Positions 38,144 to 48,022 are shown, counted from the first letter of the stretch. The stretch is DNA of 64,000 nt from Bacteroidota bacterium (GCA_043772435.1 JAYVGH010000036.1:19375-83374), one strand, 5' to 3'. Made by a program: numbers and translations. The notes: generated by a model from the sequence alone, not told the origin.

Positions 38144-38692
38144 ATGATTTCGCTTAAACAAAATGCCTTTACAAGGTTTATTGTTTTAGCCTCTTTTTTA
38201 TATTTAGTGTTATTTTTTGTTTACCAATTTGTTATTAAAAAATACACCTATTACGATCAAAAATTTATAGGTCATATAATCTCAATGGCCGATTCTGTTT
38301 TAAAATTTTTAGGCTATACAACCTTTTACGTTCTTCAAGATAGAGATGTGCAGGTTGTTGGCATAGATGGTTCCGGTGGCGTGTGGGTAGGTTCAAACTG
38401 CAATGCTATAAGCTTATTTGCTTTATTTGCAGTATTTGTATTGGCATATCCCGGTCATCAAAAAAGTAAAATTTGGTATATTCCATTAGGCATTGTATTA
38501 ATTCATATTTTAAATTTAGCCAGAGTAATTTCATTAGCTGTAATCGCTTTTTACTCGCCACTTAGCCTAAATTTTAATCACACGTATACATTTACATTCA
38601 TTGTTTACGCTTTTATATTTTTATTGTGGATGGTATGGGTAAACAAATTTTCAAACAAAAATAAAAAAGTCATAATTAAACATGAAACTTAA
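38144..38692 (+). CDS. Exosortase/archaeosortase-family protein (XrtX/XrtF-like)
   Basis: Polytopic membrane protein with candidate catalytic triad Cys (GSNCNAI), Arg (LNLARV), His (FNHTYTF). Confidence 0.85.
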   Translation: MISLKQNAFTRFIVLASFLYLVLFFVYQFVIKKYTYYDQKFIGHIISMADSVLKFLGYTTFYVLQDRDVQVVGIDGSGGVWVGSNCNAISLFALFAVFVLAYPGHQKSKIWYIPLGIVLIHILNLARVISLAVIAFYSPLSLNFNHTYTFTFIVYAFIFLLWMVWVNKFSNKNKKVIIKHET

Positions 38693-39152
38693 AGCCATTT
38701 TATTTTTCGTTATTTTATTTGGTATATTGGGCTATTGCCGCGAGTTTTTTTTTGTAAATCTTAATAATATTATGTTTGAAAAGTATTACAATCACACTAC
38801 TCTTCCTATACCAAGTATAATGAGTCTTTTTAACTCTTATAGCTATAAAACATTATACTATTCAAAATATTTTTATACTTTAATTTCGATAATCATTTTT
38901 TACCTACTCAGTTACGTTGCTATTAAAAAAATTGGTAGCGAAAAAAAATTATTAAAATATCTTACCATTTCTTATTTGATTTTGTTTATTTTAGCCGCAT
39001 CAATTATGGCTTTTGGATTAATAATAAACCAACGTTTGCAAGATGATGAATACTCAATTAGTCGTTGGTTAATGGGCATAACTCAATCGCCCATAATCTG
39101 TTTTATATTATTGGCTTCACATAATCTATATAAAAAATCATTTCAATCTTAA
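38682..39152 (+). CDS. Exosortase-associated membrane protein
   Basis: Four hydrophobic segments, [19 protein letters not shown]; overlaps the exosortase stop. Confidence 0.65.
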   Translation: MKLKAILFFVILFGILGYCREFFFVNLNNIMFEKYYNHTTLPIPSIMSLFNSYSYKTLYYSKYFYTLISIIIFYLLSYVAIKKIGSEKKLLKYLTISYLILFILAASIMAFGLIINQRLQDDEYSISRWLMGITQSPIICFILLASHNLYKKSFQS

Positions 39153-39162
39153 AAAAATAATT

Positions 39163-40440
39163 ATGCTAAAAAGAGACACAACAATATTTAAATTAATTAA
39201 AGAAGAAGAGCATCGCCAAACACAAGGCATTGAACTTATTGCCAGCGAAAACTACGTTAGCAAACAAGTTATGCAGGCTATGGGTAGTGTGTTAACCAAT
39301 AAATATGCCGAAGGCTTACCCTTTAAACGCTACTACGGTGGTTGCGAAGTTGTAGATAAAGTTGAGCAATTGGCCATTGACCGTGCAAAAGAATTATTTG
39401 GTGCGGTTTGGGTAAATGTACAGCCACATTCAGGAGCACAAGCCAATGCTGCTGTTATGCTTGCTTGCTTAAAACCCGGCGATACTATTTTAGGGTTTGA
39501 CCTTAGCCATGGTGGACATTTAACCCACGGTTCACCTGTAAATTTTTCCGGAAAACTTTACCGTGCTACTTTTTACGGTGTTACAAAAGAAACAGGGTTA
39601 ATTGATTATGACAGTATTGAAAAAACTGCAAAAGCAGAAAAACCAAAAATGATTATTTGTGGTGCCAGTGCTTATTCTCGAGATTGGGATTACGAACGTT
39701 TTCGTAAAATTGCCGACTCGGTTGGCGCTATTTTATTAGCCGACATTTCGCACCCAAGCGGCTTAATTGCTAAAGGTATTTTAAACGATCCTATTCCGCA
39801 TTGCCACATTGTAACTACAACTACGCACAAAACATTGCGTGGCCCCCGCGGCGGTATGATTATGATGGGTAAAGATTTTGAAAACCCGTTTGGCGAAAAA
39901 ACACTAAAAGGTGAAACTAAATTAATGAGCAATTTGTTAGATATGGGTGTATTCCCCGGCACACAGGGTGGCCCGTTAGAACACGTTATTGCCTCAAAAG
40001 CCATTGCTTACGGCGAAGCGTTAACCGATGATTATATGCACTATTGTGTTCAATTAGTAAAAAATGCAAACACAATGGCAAAAGGCTTTATGGATTTGGG
40101 CTACAACATTGTTAGCAAAGGCACCAGCAACCACATGTTTTTAATTGATTTACGAACTAAAAACTTAAACGGCAAAGAAGCCTTAGCAGCTTTAGAACAA
40201 GTAAATATTACGGTAAATAAAAACATGGTACCTTTTGATGATAAATCCGCCTTTGTTACTTCGGGCATTCGCATTGGTTCGCCGGCAATTACTACACGCG
40301 GCTTAAAAGAAAAAGACTGTTTAAAAATTGTGGAATTAATTGACAATGTTTTAAAACATAAAGACAGCCCAAAAGAATTAGCGAAAATTAAAAAGAAGGT
40401 AAATACTATGATGGAAAAATATCCTTTATTTAAGGATTAA
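39163..40440 (+). CDS. glyA: Serine hydroxymethyltransferase
   Basis: [39 protein letters not shown]. Confidence 0.98.
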   Translation: MLKRDTTIFKLIKEEEHRQTQGIELIASENYVSKQVMQAMGSVLTNKYAEGLPFKRYYGGCEVVDKVEQLAIDRAKELFGAVWVNVQPHSGAQANAAVMLACLKPGDTILGFDLSHGGHLTHGSPVNFSGKLYRATFYGVTKETGLIDYDSIEKTAKAEKPKMIICGASAYSRDWDYERFRKIADSVGAILLADISHPSGLIAKGILNDPIPHCHIVTTTTHKTLRGPRGGMIMMGKDFENPFGEKTLKGETKLMSNLLDMGVFPGTQGGPLEHVIASKAIAYGEALTDDYMHYCVQLVKNANTMAKGFMDLGYNIVSKGTSNHMFLIDLRTKNLNGKEALAALEQVNITVNKNMVPFDDKSAFVTSGIRIGSPAITTRGLKEKDCLKIVELIDNVLKHKDSPKELAKIKKKVNTMMEKYPLFKD

Positions 40441-40475
40441 TCGTTAAAAATACGATCATTTAATTTCTTAAGAAC

Positions 40476-40496
40476 TTTTAGGTTTCAACCCTAAAA
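40476..40496 (+). terminator. Weak hairpin downstream of glyA
   Basis: TTTTAGG-N7-CCTAAAA, 35 nt after the glyA stop; AT-rich with no strong U-tract. Confidence 0.3.
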
Positions 40497-40671
40497 TGTA
40501 ACATAGTTTTAAACGTGAGAAAATTGTTATTTACTCTTTTGATGTAAATTTTTTAAAATCTCGTAAAATGTGCGATAAAACAAAACCCTTTTTAGCCTTT
40601 ACTATTTAAATGCAAGTAGGTGCTAATTAACACCCATGCAAACATTTTTAAACCTTTATTACCAATACACT

Positions 40672-40858
40672 AATTTAAGAAATCAACAATAGATAGGGTT
40701 ACGAAATAGTTTGTTGCAAGTTGGTTTTGTATAACGGTCTGCAATACAATCACACCTTTAAAATCTCCTCTCCACAAATGCTGCCTCATAACTAAAAACA
40801 TTTACAAAATGTTTTATTAACGCACTGCCCTGCTTCGCTCAAACGAGGACGAGCGGGG
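40672..40858. repeat. Dispersed non-coding element, copy 1
   Basis: First 64 nt are 61/64 identical to 45338..45401. The 3' block ending CAAACGAGGACGAGCGGGG is also shared. Confidence 0.9.
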
Positions 40859-41023
40859 CCATCAAAATGTCAATAGACTAATTATCCATTCCACCACCTT
40901 GATATAATTTAATACTAAGAATTTTAGTCCATATTTTTTGCAACTCAAAATTTATTTTTGAATTTACAAAACAGCATACTAAAAAAGTACTTAAAAAAAT
41001 AAAATATATTTCATGTTTATATT

Positions 41024-41713
41024 TTATTCCTTTATCACTTTTAAACTGGTTCTGCGGTTTTTTGATTTACCAGCATCGTTAAAATTATCAGCAATTGGTT
41101 TGGTATGGCCATATCCTTTTGAAGTTACCCTTGCTTCGGCTATGCCTTTAGTTATCAAATATTTTCTTACCGCATCCGCCCTACCCTGCGATAACGCAAG
41201 ATTTTCGTCATCTTTACCTACATTGTCGGTATGTCCCTGGATCTCTACCACCATAGTGTTTTTAATTTTTAATATTTCAACAAGATCGTTTAATGCTTTA
41301 AAAGAGTTTGGTTTTAAAGTAGATTTACCGGTGTCAAAATAAACATTATCCAAAACAAAATCTTTTGGCGGATCTATTTTAATGCCTACTTCATAGGTAG
41401 CATCTTTATCTGCCGGAACATTCATTTTGGTATAGTCCATATCAGTTATAAAATTTTTATACTTTAAACTATATGTTCCATTTACCGGCACTAAAATTTC
41501 AAACTTTCCACTTGCATCGGTTGTAACTTTAAAAACAACTTTTGTTTTATCATTTGAAAACATTATAATTTCTTTTCCCAAAGGTTTCCCTTTAAAATCG
41601 GTTACTACCCCTTTTAACAGAGCCAATTTATCATTAGGCACAAGGTTTTGAGCGATGCCGGAATTAATTACAAATAAAATAATTAAAATGGCAAAAGTTA
41701 TTTTTTGTTTCAT
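41024..41713 (-). CDS. OmpA-family protein with N-terminal beta-sandwich
   Basis: Signal peptide; VYFDTGKS, EIQGHTDNVG, LSQGRADAV, NRRT OmpA_C motifs. Confidence 0.9.
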   Translation of the reverse strand: MKQKITFAILIILFVINSGIAQNLVPNDKLALLKGVVTDFKGKPLGKEIIMFSNDKTKVVFKVTTDASGKFEILVPVNGTYSLKYKNFITDMDYTKMNVPADKDATYEVGIKIDPPKDFVLDNVYFDTGKSTLKPNSFKALNDLVEILKIKNTMVVEIQGHTDNVGKDDENLALSQGRADAVRKYLITKGIAEARVTSKGYGHTKPIADNFNDAGKSKNRRTSLKVIKE

Positions 41714-41811
41714 ACTTAAAGTTACTACTTTTCTGGTCTACAGCCTATTTGAAATTCACTAATTTTTATATCGTTTTACAGCTTTTCCAGATAATAAAAA
41801 TGTTTCCCCGT

Positions 41812-44800
41812 TTAAACCCTAACGCCTATTATTAAAACATCATCTACCTGTTCTAATTTGCCCTTCCATTCTTCAAAGCGCTGATCTAAAACATTTCTTT
41901 GTTCAGATAAGTTTAGTTCACAGACAGACAGCATTATTTCTTCCATTTGCTTGTACTTAAATTTCTTTCCTTTCGCGCCACCAAACTGATCGGGATAACC
42001 ATCAGTAAAAGTAAATATCATATCTCCTTTTTCGAGAGCAATTTCATTGTAAGTAAATAAGGTATCGCCCCCGTATGATTTTCCAACCGGCATTTTATCT
42101 GCTTTACAAACTAAAATTTTACGATTACGGATAATATAAAAACTATTGTTCGCCGCTGCAAATTCCAACTTCATATTTTTAACATCAAGTTTGCAAATTA
42201 TTGCGTCCATTCCGTCTTTACTTTCCTCAACGCTGCCCTCCGGGTTTAAAGCGCTGATTATTTCCGAACGCACGTCATTCAAAATCAAGTCAGGACGTAA
42301 GATCTGCTTCTGGTTGATTGACTCGCTCAGCTTGCTAATATTTAACAAACTCATAAAAGCCCCCGGAACCCCATGCCCGGTACAATCTGCTGTAATATAT
42401 AAAAATCCTTCCGGCGTTGGCGCCGCCCAATAAAAATCGCCGGCTACAATATCTTTTGGTTTAAACAAAACAAAGTATTCAGGTAAATTTTTCCGCAGTA
42501 AAGTATCGCTGGCAAGTAAAGCTTGCTGAATGCGTTTCGCGTAATTAATACTATCGGTCATTTCCTTATTCTTTTCTTCTACCAACTCTTTTTGAAATAC
42601 AACTTCGGCGGTTCTTTCATCTACCTTTTGCTCAAGCACTTTCTTTTCACGGTTCAGTTTTGACTCTCTGTATTTTATGAAACCAAAAATTAGTACAATA
42701 CCTGTGATGATACACACAATAAAAAACCAGGTAGTTTTCCAAAATGGAGGCGTAATAAAAAATTTGATAAGCGCTCCTTTTTCATTCCATAAACCATCGT
42801 TGTTGGATGCTTTTACTTTAAAAACATAAGTTCCGGGTAATAGATTAGAGTAATGTGCAGACCTGCTGTTAGCGTTATAATTCCATGCTTCATCAACTCC
42901 ATCGAGCTTAAATGAATATTGGTTATCACCCGAACTTACATAGTTTAGTGCCACAAAATCAAAGGTTAAGTTGTTCTGGTCATAAGGCAGCGTAAACTCT
43001 TTTACTTCAGCCAAAGGCTGATCAAATTTTATCTGCTCCTCAAATTTTTTAATTCCTGTAATTATTACCGGCGGAATATATTTATTGTATTCCATACTGT
43101 CGGGATAAAATGCGTTTAAGCCTTCGGTGCATCCGAAATAAACTTTTCCGTTTTTAGCTTTACAAGAAGCATTTGGGAAAAAAAGCCTGCCTTGAATTCC
43201 ATCACTCACATCGTAATTTATAAACGTGCCCGACTTTTTTGTAAATCTTGAGATGCCTTTTTTTGTGCTGATAAATAATTGCTCATGGTCGTTTTCTTCA
43301 ATTGCCATGATCATATTATCCGGCAAGCCGTCTTTTACAGTAAAGTGCTGGAACTTTTCTGTTAAAGGATCGTATTTATCAAGACCGTTCCTTGTGCCGA
43401 TCCAAAGAATGCCGGCATCATCTTCATACAAAGTATAAATAGTGCTGTGTGCAATACTTCCGGCATCTTCAGGATTATTAAAATATTTTACAAATGTTTT
43501 TTTATTCTCATTGTATTTATTCAGGCCAACATCGGTTCCAATCCATACTGTTCCGTTTTTTGAAACGTAAATAACATTAATTGTATTATCACTAACATCG
43601 TTTTTATTTTTCGGGTCAGCTTTAAACCGGAAAAATTTATTTGTTTTTTTATTATAAATATTTAATCCTTTTAATGTTCCGACCCATAAATTTTCTTTTT
43701 TATCTTCGGCTATTGAATAAACATAATTATCACTGATAGAGTTTATATCAGCCGGATCATTTGAATGATACGTAAATTTACCCGTAACCCTGTCAAATTC
43801 AGTTAAACCCCCTCTATATGTTCCAATCCACAGCTTATTATCTTTATCGCAAAAAATAGTTTTGATTTTATTTAAACCTGTATTATTTCCATCTTTTGGA
43901 TCTTTTTTATAGTTAGTTATTTTATTAGTTACCGGATCAAATTGATCAAAGCCATCCCATGTGCCTACCCATATTTTGTCCAGTTTGTCTGCTGTTACAG
44001 TGCGCACAGAGTTATAGCCCAAGCTTAACGGATTGCCGGGCTCATGTTTATAAAAATCAACTTGTTTTTTTATATTCACATATTTTGATATTCCTCCTCC
44101 TTCTGTACCTATCCATAAAATGCCTGAGCGATCGATATGCAGCGACCATACATCATTAAAATTTAAACTGCTCTTATTATTCGCATCGTAAAAATACCTT
44201 TCAAATGTTTCTGTTTGCGTATTGAAGCGGTTGATGCCTGAACCATAAGTACCAATCCATAAACTACCGTCATTATCTTTAGCAATTGGCCAGGTTAAAT
44301 TACTTCCAATGCTTTTTTTGTCTTCAGCATTGTATTTATAACTTTTAAAGGAACCTGTAATAGTATTAAATTTATTAAGTCCTCCACCCCACGTTGTAAT
44401 CCATAAAATATCTTTTTCATCTTCAAAAATAGTCCCAATTATATCGCAGCTAATGCTATTCGGCTTTTTGGGATCATGACGGTAATGCGTTAGCTTATCA
44501 GTTTTTGGATCAAGCCTTTCCAAACCACCGCCCCAGGTAGAAATCCAAATAATTCCTTTTTTATCTTCATGAATATCCCAAATCGCTCCTTTAGATAAAC
44601 TATTCAGATTTGAAGGATCGTTTTTATAACGTTTAAGTACCTTTCCTGTTTTTTTATCAAGCACATTTATTCCGGCCTCAAAAGTTCCAATCCATATTTC
44701 ACCATTTCTTAATTCAAGAATATTGTAAATGTTATTGCTGCTAATACTATTTGGATCTTTTTCATTGTGAATGAAACGAGTCACTTTTTCTGTAATAGGA

Positions 44801-45144
44801 TCAAAACGATTGAGTCCGCCATTTTCTGTTCCAAGCCATAGAAAGCCTTCTTTATCCAATATGAGAGAAAAAATATTATTGTTTGAAATGGTTGTTGAAT
44901 CTGAAGGGTCATTTTGAAATACCTTAAACTCGTAGCCATTGTATTTATTAAGTCCGTCCTGGGTAGCGAACCACAAAAATCCCTGTGAATCTTCTACTAT
45001 TTGAGGAATTGCCTTATTTGAAAGGCCATGTTCTAGCGGTACGGCTTCAAACTTATAATCTTTTTGCTGCGACCATAATAAATATGGAAAAACAAACAAA
45101 TAACAACATATGTATAACAGTATTTTTTTTACTTGCATTATCAA
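41812..45144 (-). CDS. Membrane sensor: Reg_prop beta-propellers, Y_Y_Y domain, TM, coiled coil, SpoIIE/PP2C phosphatase
   Basis: Repeated LWIGT..GGL blades, YSNLLPGTYVFKVKASN, then DIVAGDFYW, ADCTGHGVPG, FTDGYPDQFGG, DDVLIIG. Confidence 0.9.
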   Translation of the reverse strand: MIMQVKKILLYICCYLFVFPYLLWSQQKDYKFEAVPLEHGLSNKAIPQIVEDSQGFLWFATQDGLNKYNGYEFKVFQNDPSDSTTISNNNIFSLILDKEGFLWLGTENGGLNRFDPITEKVTRFIHNEKDPNSISSNNIYNILELRNGEIWIGTFEAGINVLDKKTGKVLKRYKNDPSNLNSLSKGAIWDIHEDKKGIIWISTWGGGLERLDPKTDKLTHYRHDPKKPNSISCDIIGTIFEDEKDILWITTWGGGLNKFNTITGSFKSYKYNAEDKKSIGSNLTWPIAKDNDGSLWIGTYGSGINRFNTQTETFERYFYDANNKSSLNFNDVWSLHIDRSGILWIGTEGGGISKYVNIKKQVDFYKHEPGNPLSLGYNSVRTVTADKLDKIWVGTWDGFDQFDPVTNKITNYKKDPKDGNNTGLNKIKTIFCDKDNKLWIGTYRGGLTEFDRVTGKFTYHSNDPADINSISDNYVYSIAEDKKENLWVGTLKGLNIYNKKTNKFFRFKADPKNKNDVSDNTINVIYVSKNGTVWIGTDVGLNKYNENKKTFVKYFNNPEDAGSIAHSTIYTLYEDDAGILWIGTRNGLDKYDPLTEKFQHFTVKDGLPDNMIMAIEENDHEQLFISTKKGISRFTKKSGTFINYDVSDGIQGRLFFPNASCKAKNGKVYFGCTEGLNAFYPDSMEYNKYIPPVIITGIKKFEEQIKFDQPLAEVKEFTLPYDQNNLTFDFVALNYVSSGDNQYSFKLDGVDEAWNYNANSRSAHYSNLLPGTYVFKVKASNNDGLWNEKGALIKFFITPPFWKTTWFFIVCIITGIVLIFGFIKYRESKLNREKKVLEQKVDERTAEVVFQKELVEEKNKEMTDSINYAKRIQQALLASDTLLRKNLPEYFVLFKPKDIVAGDFYWAAPTPEGFLYITADCTGHGVPGAFMSLLNISKLSESINQKQILRPDLILNDVRSEIISALNPEGSVEESKDGMDAIICKLDVKNMKLEFAAANNSFYIIRNRKILVCKADKMPVGKSYGGDTLFTYNEIALEKGDMIFTFTDGYPDQFGGAKGKKFKYKQMEEIMLSVCELNLSEQRNVLDQRFEEWKGKLEQVDDVLIIGVRV

Positions 45145-45337
45145 TCCGGAAGTTCAGCAGACTAATATAATGAAAAGAATTTACACGGAATTCGATTTTA
45201 CTTTTGATCACAAAGAAAACCCAAAGAAAGCTATTTCTTGGAAAGGAATTATTTATAAAAATTAGGCGTGATAATTTGCTAAAGAATGAAGATTTTTTTC
45301 TTGAATTTACCCGCGTATATCGGCGAAAAGATCTTTA

Positions 45338-45569
45338 AATTTAAGGAATCAACAATAGTTAGGGTTACGAAATAGTTTGTTGCAAGTTGGTTTTGTGTAA
45401 CAATATCCGCTCATAATCTAATATTACAATAATTGTAATTTATTATTGTGCGATATAATCACACCTTTAAAACATCCTCTAAACACAAAGGCTGGCTCAT
45501 TGATAAAAACATTTACAAAATGTTTTATTAACGCGCTTCCCTGCTTAGCTCAAACGAGGACGAGCGGGG
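45338..45569. repeat. Dispersed non-coding element, copy 2 (same orientation, about 43 nt longer in the middle)
   Basis: Matches 40672..40858 at both ends; the extra centre contains the ATTACAAT-A-ATTGTAAT palindrome. Confidence 0.9.
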
Positions 45570-45580
45570 TTGTTTAAGGA

Positions 45581-46507
45581 TTAATTTTGCCTGCCTGCTA
45601 ATAAAAACATCACAGCCATTCTAACTGCTACACCATTTTCAACCTGGTTAAGAATTATTGATTGTTTGCTATCTGCTACATCGCTGGTTATTTCTACCCC
45701 ACGGTTAATAGGCCCTGGGTGCATTACAATTATTTTTTTAGAAAGGCTGTCTAATAATTCTTTATCTAAGCCATAAAGCATGCTGTATTCACGTAACGAA
45801 GGGAAGTATTTTATATCCTGCCGTTCCAATTGTATGCGCAACATATTTGCTACGTCACACCATTCAAGCGCTTTGCGTAAATTTAATTCTACCTCAACAC
45901 CTAAACTTGTAATATATTTTGGTATTAAAGTTAATGGACCGCATACTTTTACTATTGCGCCTAATTTTTGTAAGCAAAATATATTTGAGAGGGCAACGCG
46001 CGAGTGTAAAATATCGCCAACAATTACTATTTTTTTACCTTTTAAATCGCCTAATTTTTCCTGAATAGAGAAAGCATCTAACAAAGCTTGCGTTGGATGT
46101 TCATGTGCGCCATCGCCTGCATTAATAATTTTTGCATTTACTTTTTTCGATAAATAAACTGCGGCTCCTGCACTGGCATGGCGCATCACAATCATATCTA
46201 CCTTCATTGCTAAAATATTATTTACAGTATCTACTAAGGTTTCGCCTTTTTTTACAGAGGAGTTAGAAGCAGAAAAATTTATTACATCGGCGCTTAAACG
46301 TTTTTGAGCTAACTCAAACGAAAGACGTGTACGTGTACTATTTTCAAAGAATAAGTTAGCTACTGTTATATCGCGAAGCGAGGGTACTTTTTTAATAGGA
46401 CGATTAATAACTTCTTTAAAATTTTGGGCAGTGTTTAAAATTAAATCAATGTCGTTTTTAGTAAGATTTTTTATACCGAGAAGATGATTTACGCTTAAAT
46501 GAGTCAT
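45581..46507 (-). CDS. pyrB: Aspartate carbamoyltransferase catalytic subunit
   Basis: FFENSTRTRLSF, KGETLVDT, INAGDGAHEHPTQALLD, MHPGPINRGVE. Confidence 0.97.
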   Translation of the reverse strand: MTHLSVNHLLGIKNLTKNDIDLILNTAQNFKEVINRPIKKVPSLRDITVANLFFENSTRTRLSFELAQKRLSADVINFSASNSSVKKGETLVDTVNNILAMKVDMIVMRHASAGAAVYLSKKVNAKIINAGDGAHEHPTQALLDAFSIQEKLGDLKGKKIVIVGDILHSRVALSNIFCLQKLGAIVKVCGPLTLIPKYITSLGVEVELNLRKALEWCDVANMLRIQLERQDIKYFPSLREYSMLYGLDKELLDSLSKKIIVMHPGPINRGVEITSDVADSKQSIILNQVENGVAVRMAVMFLLAGRQN

Positions 46508-46569
46508 TCGTTTTTTTGAAAAGAAATTTCAAAAGTTAAATATACAATTTTTTATTAAAAAAGTTTGAA

Positions 46570-47076
46570 TTATAAATATCTTTCTTTAACCACATTTAGG
46601 TGGTGCAAATTATGCCCACACATAAAAAAACCTATAGCTAAAACCGATACTTGGCCAATTGCCATATTGCCCATATTTAAAAGGGTTTGAGAGTTGAAAG
46701 TTTTATATAATGCTATTGTTGCGGCGCGTACTGTTTCAAATTCTGTTACTACATCGTTTATACTGTAATTACTTAAATCGGTATTAGCAACATATAAATT
46801 TTCGTCAAACGATAAAAGTGCTTGTGGATCTTTACGCGCAAAACGCAAAGCACGGTAACTTAAAATACGCTCTGTATCAATGGTGTGGTGAATTACTTGT
46901 TTAATCGTCCACTTGCCATCGGCGTAAGCATAATTTTCTTTTTCTTTAGGAATAAATGCTGCAAAAATTTTAAGGTATTGTAAATTATTTTGTAAAGCAT
47001 CAATAACGGTTTCTTCATTTATTAATGCAATGTATTTTTCAAAATAGGGTGGATAGGTATTTGGTTGTGGACGCAT
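46570..47076 (-). CDS. DinB-family protein
   Basis: YADGKWTIKQVIHHTIDTER, GHNLHH. Confidence 0.85.
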   Translation of the reverse strand: MRPQPNTYPPYFEKYIALINEETVIDALQNNLQYLKIFAAFIPKEKENYAYADGKWTIKQVIHHTIDTERILSYRALRFARKDPQALLSFDENLYVANTDLSNYSINDVVTEFETVRAATIALYKTFNSQTLLNMGNMAIGQVSVLAIGFFMCGHNLHHLNVVKERYL

Positions 47077-47120
47077 AATTTAATTAGAGAATGAGTTAAT
47101 GTGACAATGAATTAAATAAA

Positions 47121-47164
47121 ACGAATTTACATATTAATTTGTGTTAATTCGTGAAATTTGTGTC
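47121..47164. repeat. Short REP-like tandem/hairpin element
   Basis: ACGAATT...AATTCGT stem (47121-47152) overlapping three near-tandem units AATTTGTGTT / AATTCGTGA / AATTTGTGTC. Confidence 0.4.
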
Positions 47165-47215
47165 TAAAAAAAATCAATACATTGTTTTAAAAAAATAACG
47201 AACTTGCAAAACTAA

Positions 47216-48022
47216 ATGCACCCATTATTTATAAATTTTATTTCGTTTGGTATAACCGATGCTATTGATATTTTATTAGTAGCGGTGCTACTGTATGTAG
47301 CTTACAGCCTTGTAAAGGGTACATCTGCCATTACTATTTTTATTGGATTAGCGTTAATTTACGTGGCATATATTGTTATTAAAGCCTTTGATTTAAAATT
47401 ACTAAGTTCTATTATTGGAAAGTTTGTAAACGTGGGTGTAATTGCTGTTATGATTGTGTTTCAGCAAGAAATACGTAAGTTTTTATTGTATATTGGCTCT
47501 AACGATTTTATTAAAAAACAAAACTTTAAATCGCTTTTAAAATTAAAATTCAACACCGATCAAAGCAATCAAATTTATTTAGATATTGAAGCAGTTGCTA
47601 CTGCTTGTTTTGCAATGAGTGCTACTAAAACAGGAGCTTTAATTATAATTTCTCGTAAATCGGATTTAAAATTTTATGTTAACACCGGCGATACAATTGA
47701 TAGTGCTTTAACAAGCCGTATGCTTGAAAATATTTTTTATAAAAATTCGCCGTTGCACGATGGAGCTGTTATTGTTGAAGATAACCGCTTAGTAGCCGCG
47801 CGATGTGTTTTACCTGTAACCGAGAAGGAAAATTTTCCGGCACACTACGGCATGCGCCACCGGGCCGCGGTTGGCATTACCGAAAATACCGATGCGCTTG
47901 CAATTACGGTTAGCGAACAAACAGGCGCTGTATCCTTAACCATTGCCGGCGAAATAAATGCCAATTTAAGCAGAGAAAAATTAGTATTTCTGTTAGAAAA
48001 AAATTTAAAAAATTTAAATTAA
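47216..48022 (+). CDS. cdaA: Diadenylate cyclase (CdaA/DacA)
   Basis: Three N-terminal TM helices, FQQEIR, SPLHDGA, RHRAAVG. Confidence 0.93.
   Translation: MHPLFINFISFGITDAIDILLVAVLLYVAYSLVKGTSAITIFIGLALIYVAYIVIKAFDLKLLSSIIGKFVNVGVIAVMIVFQQEIRKFLLYIGSNDFIKKQNFKSLLKLKFNTDQSNQIYLDIEAVATACFAMSATKTGALIIISRKSDLKFYVNTGDTIDSALTSRMLENIFYKNSPLHDGAVIVEDNRLVAARCVLPVTEKENFPAHYGMRHRAAVGITENTDALAITVSEQTGAVSLTIAGEINANLSREKLVFLLEKNLKNLN

Noticed and set aside
40670-40801. 43-aa minus-strand ORF inside repeat copy 1 (MFLVMRQHLWRGDFKG...)
   Set aside because: The equivalent frame in copy 2 stops after 17 codons because of indels, so coding is not conserved.
40672-40858. Repeat as 6S RNA or a hammerhead ribozyme
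   Set aside because: The 5' and 3' ends do not pair as 6S requires. GAGGACGA resembles hammerhead stem II, but the CUGANGA and GAAA core is absent.
40672-45569. Repeat pair as integron attC sites or a CRISPR array
   Set aside because: There are only two copies, they are too long, no integrase or cas gene is present, there is no end-to-end palindrome, and one copy follows housekeeping pyrB.
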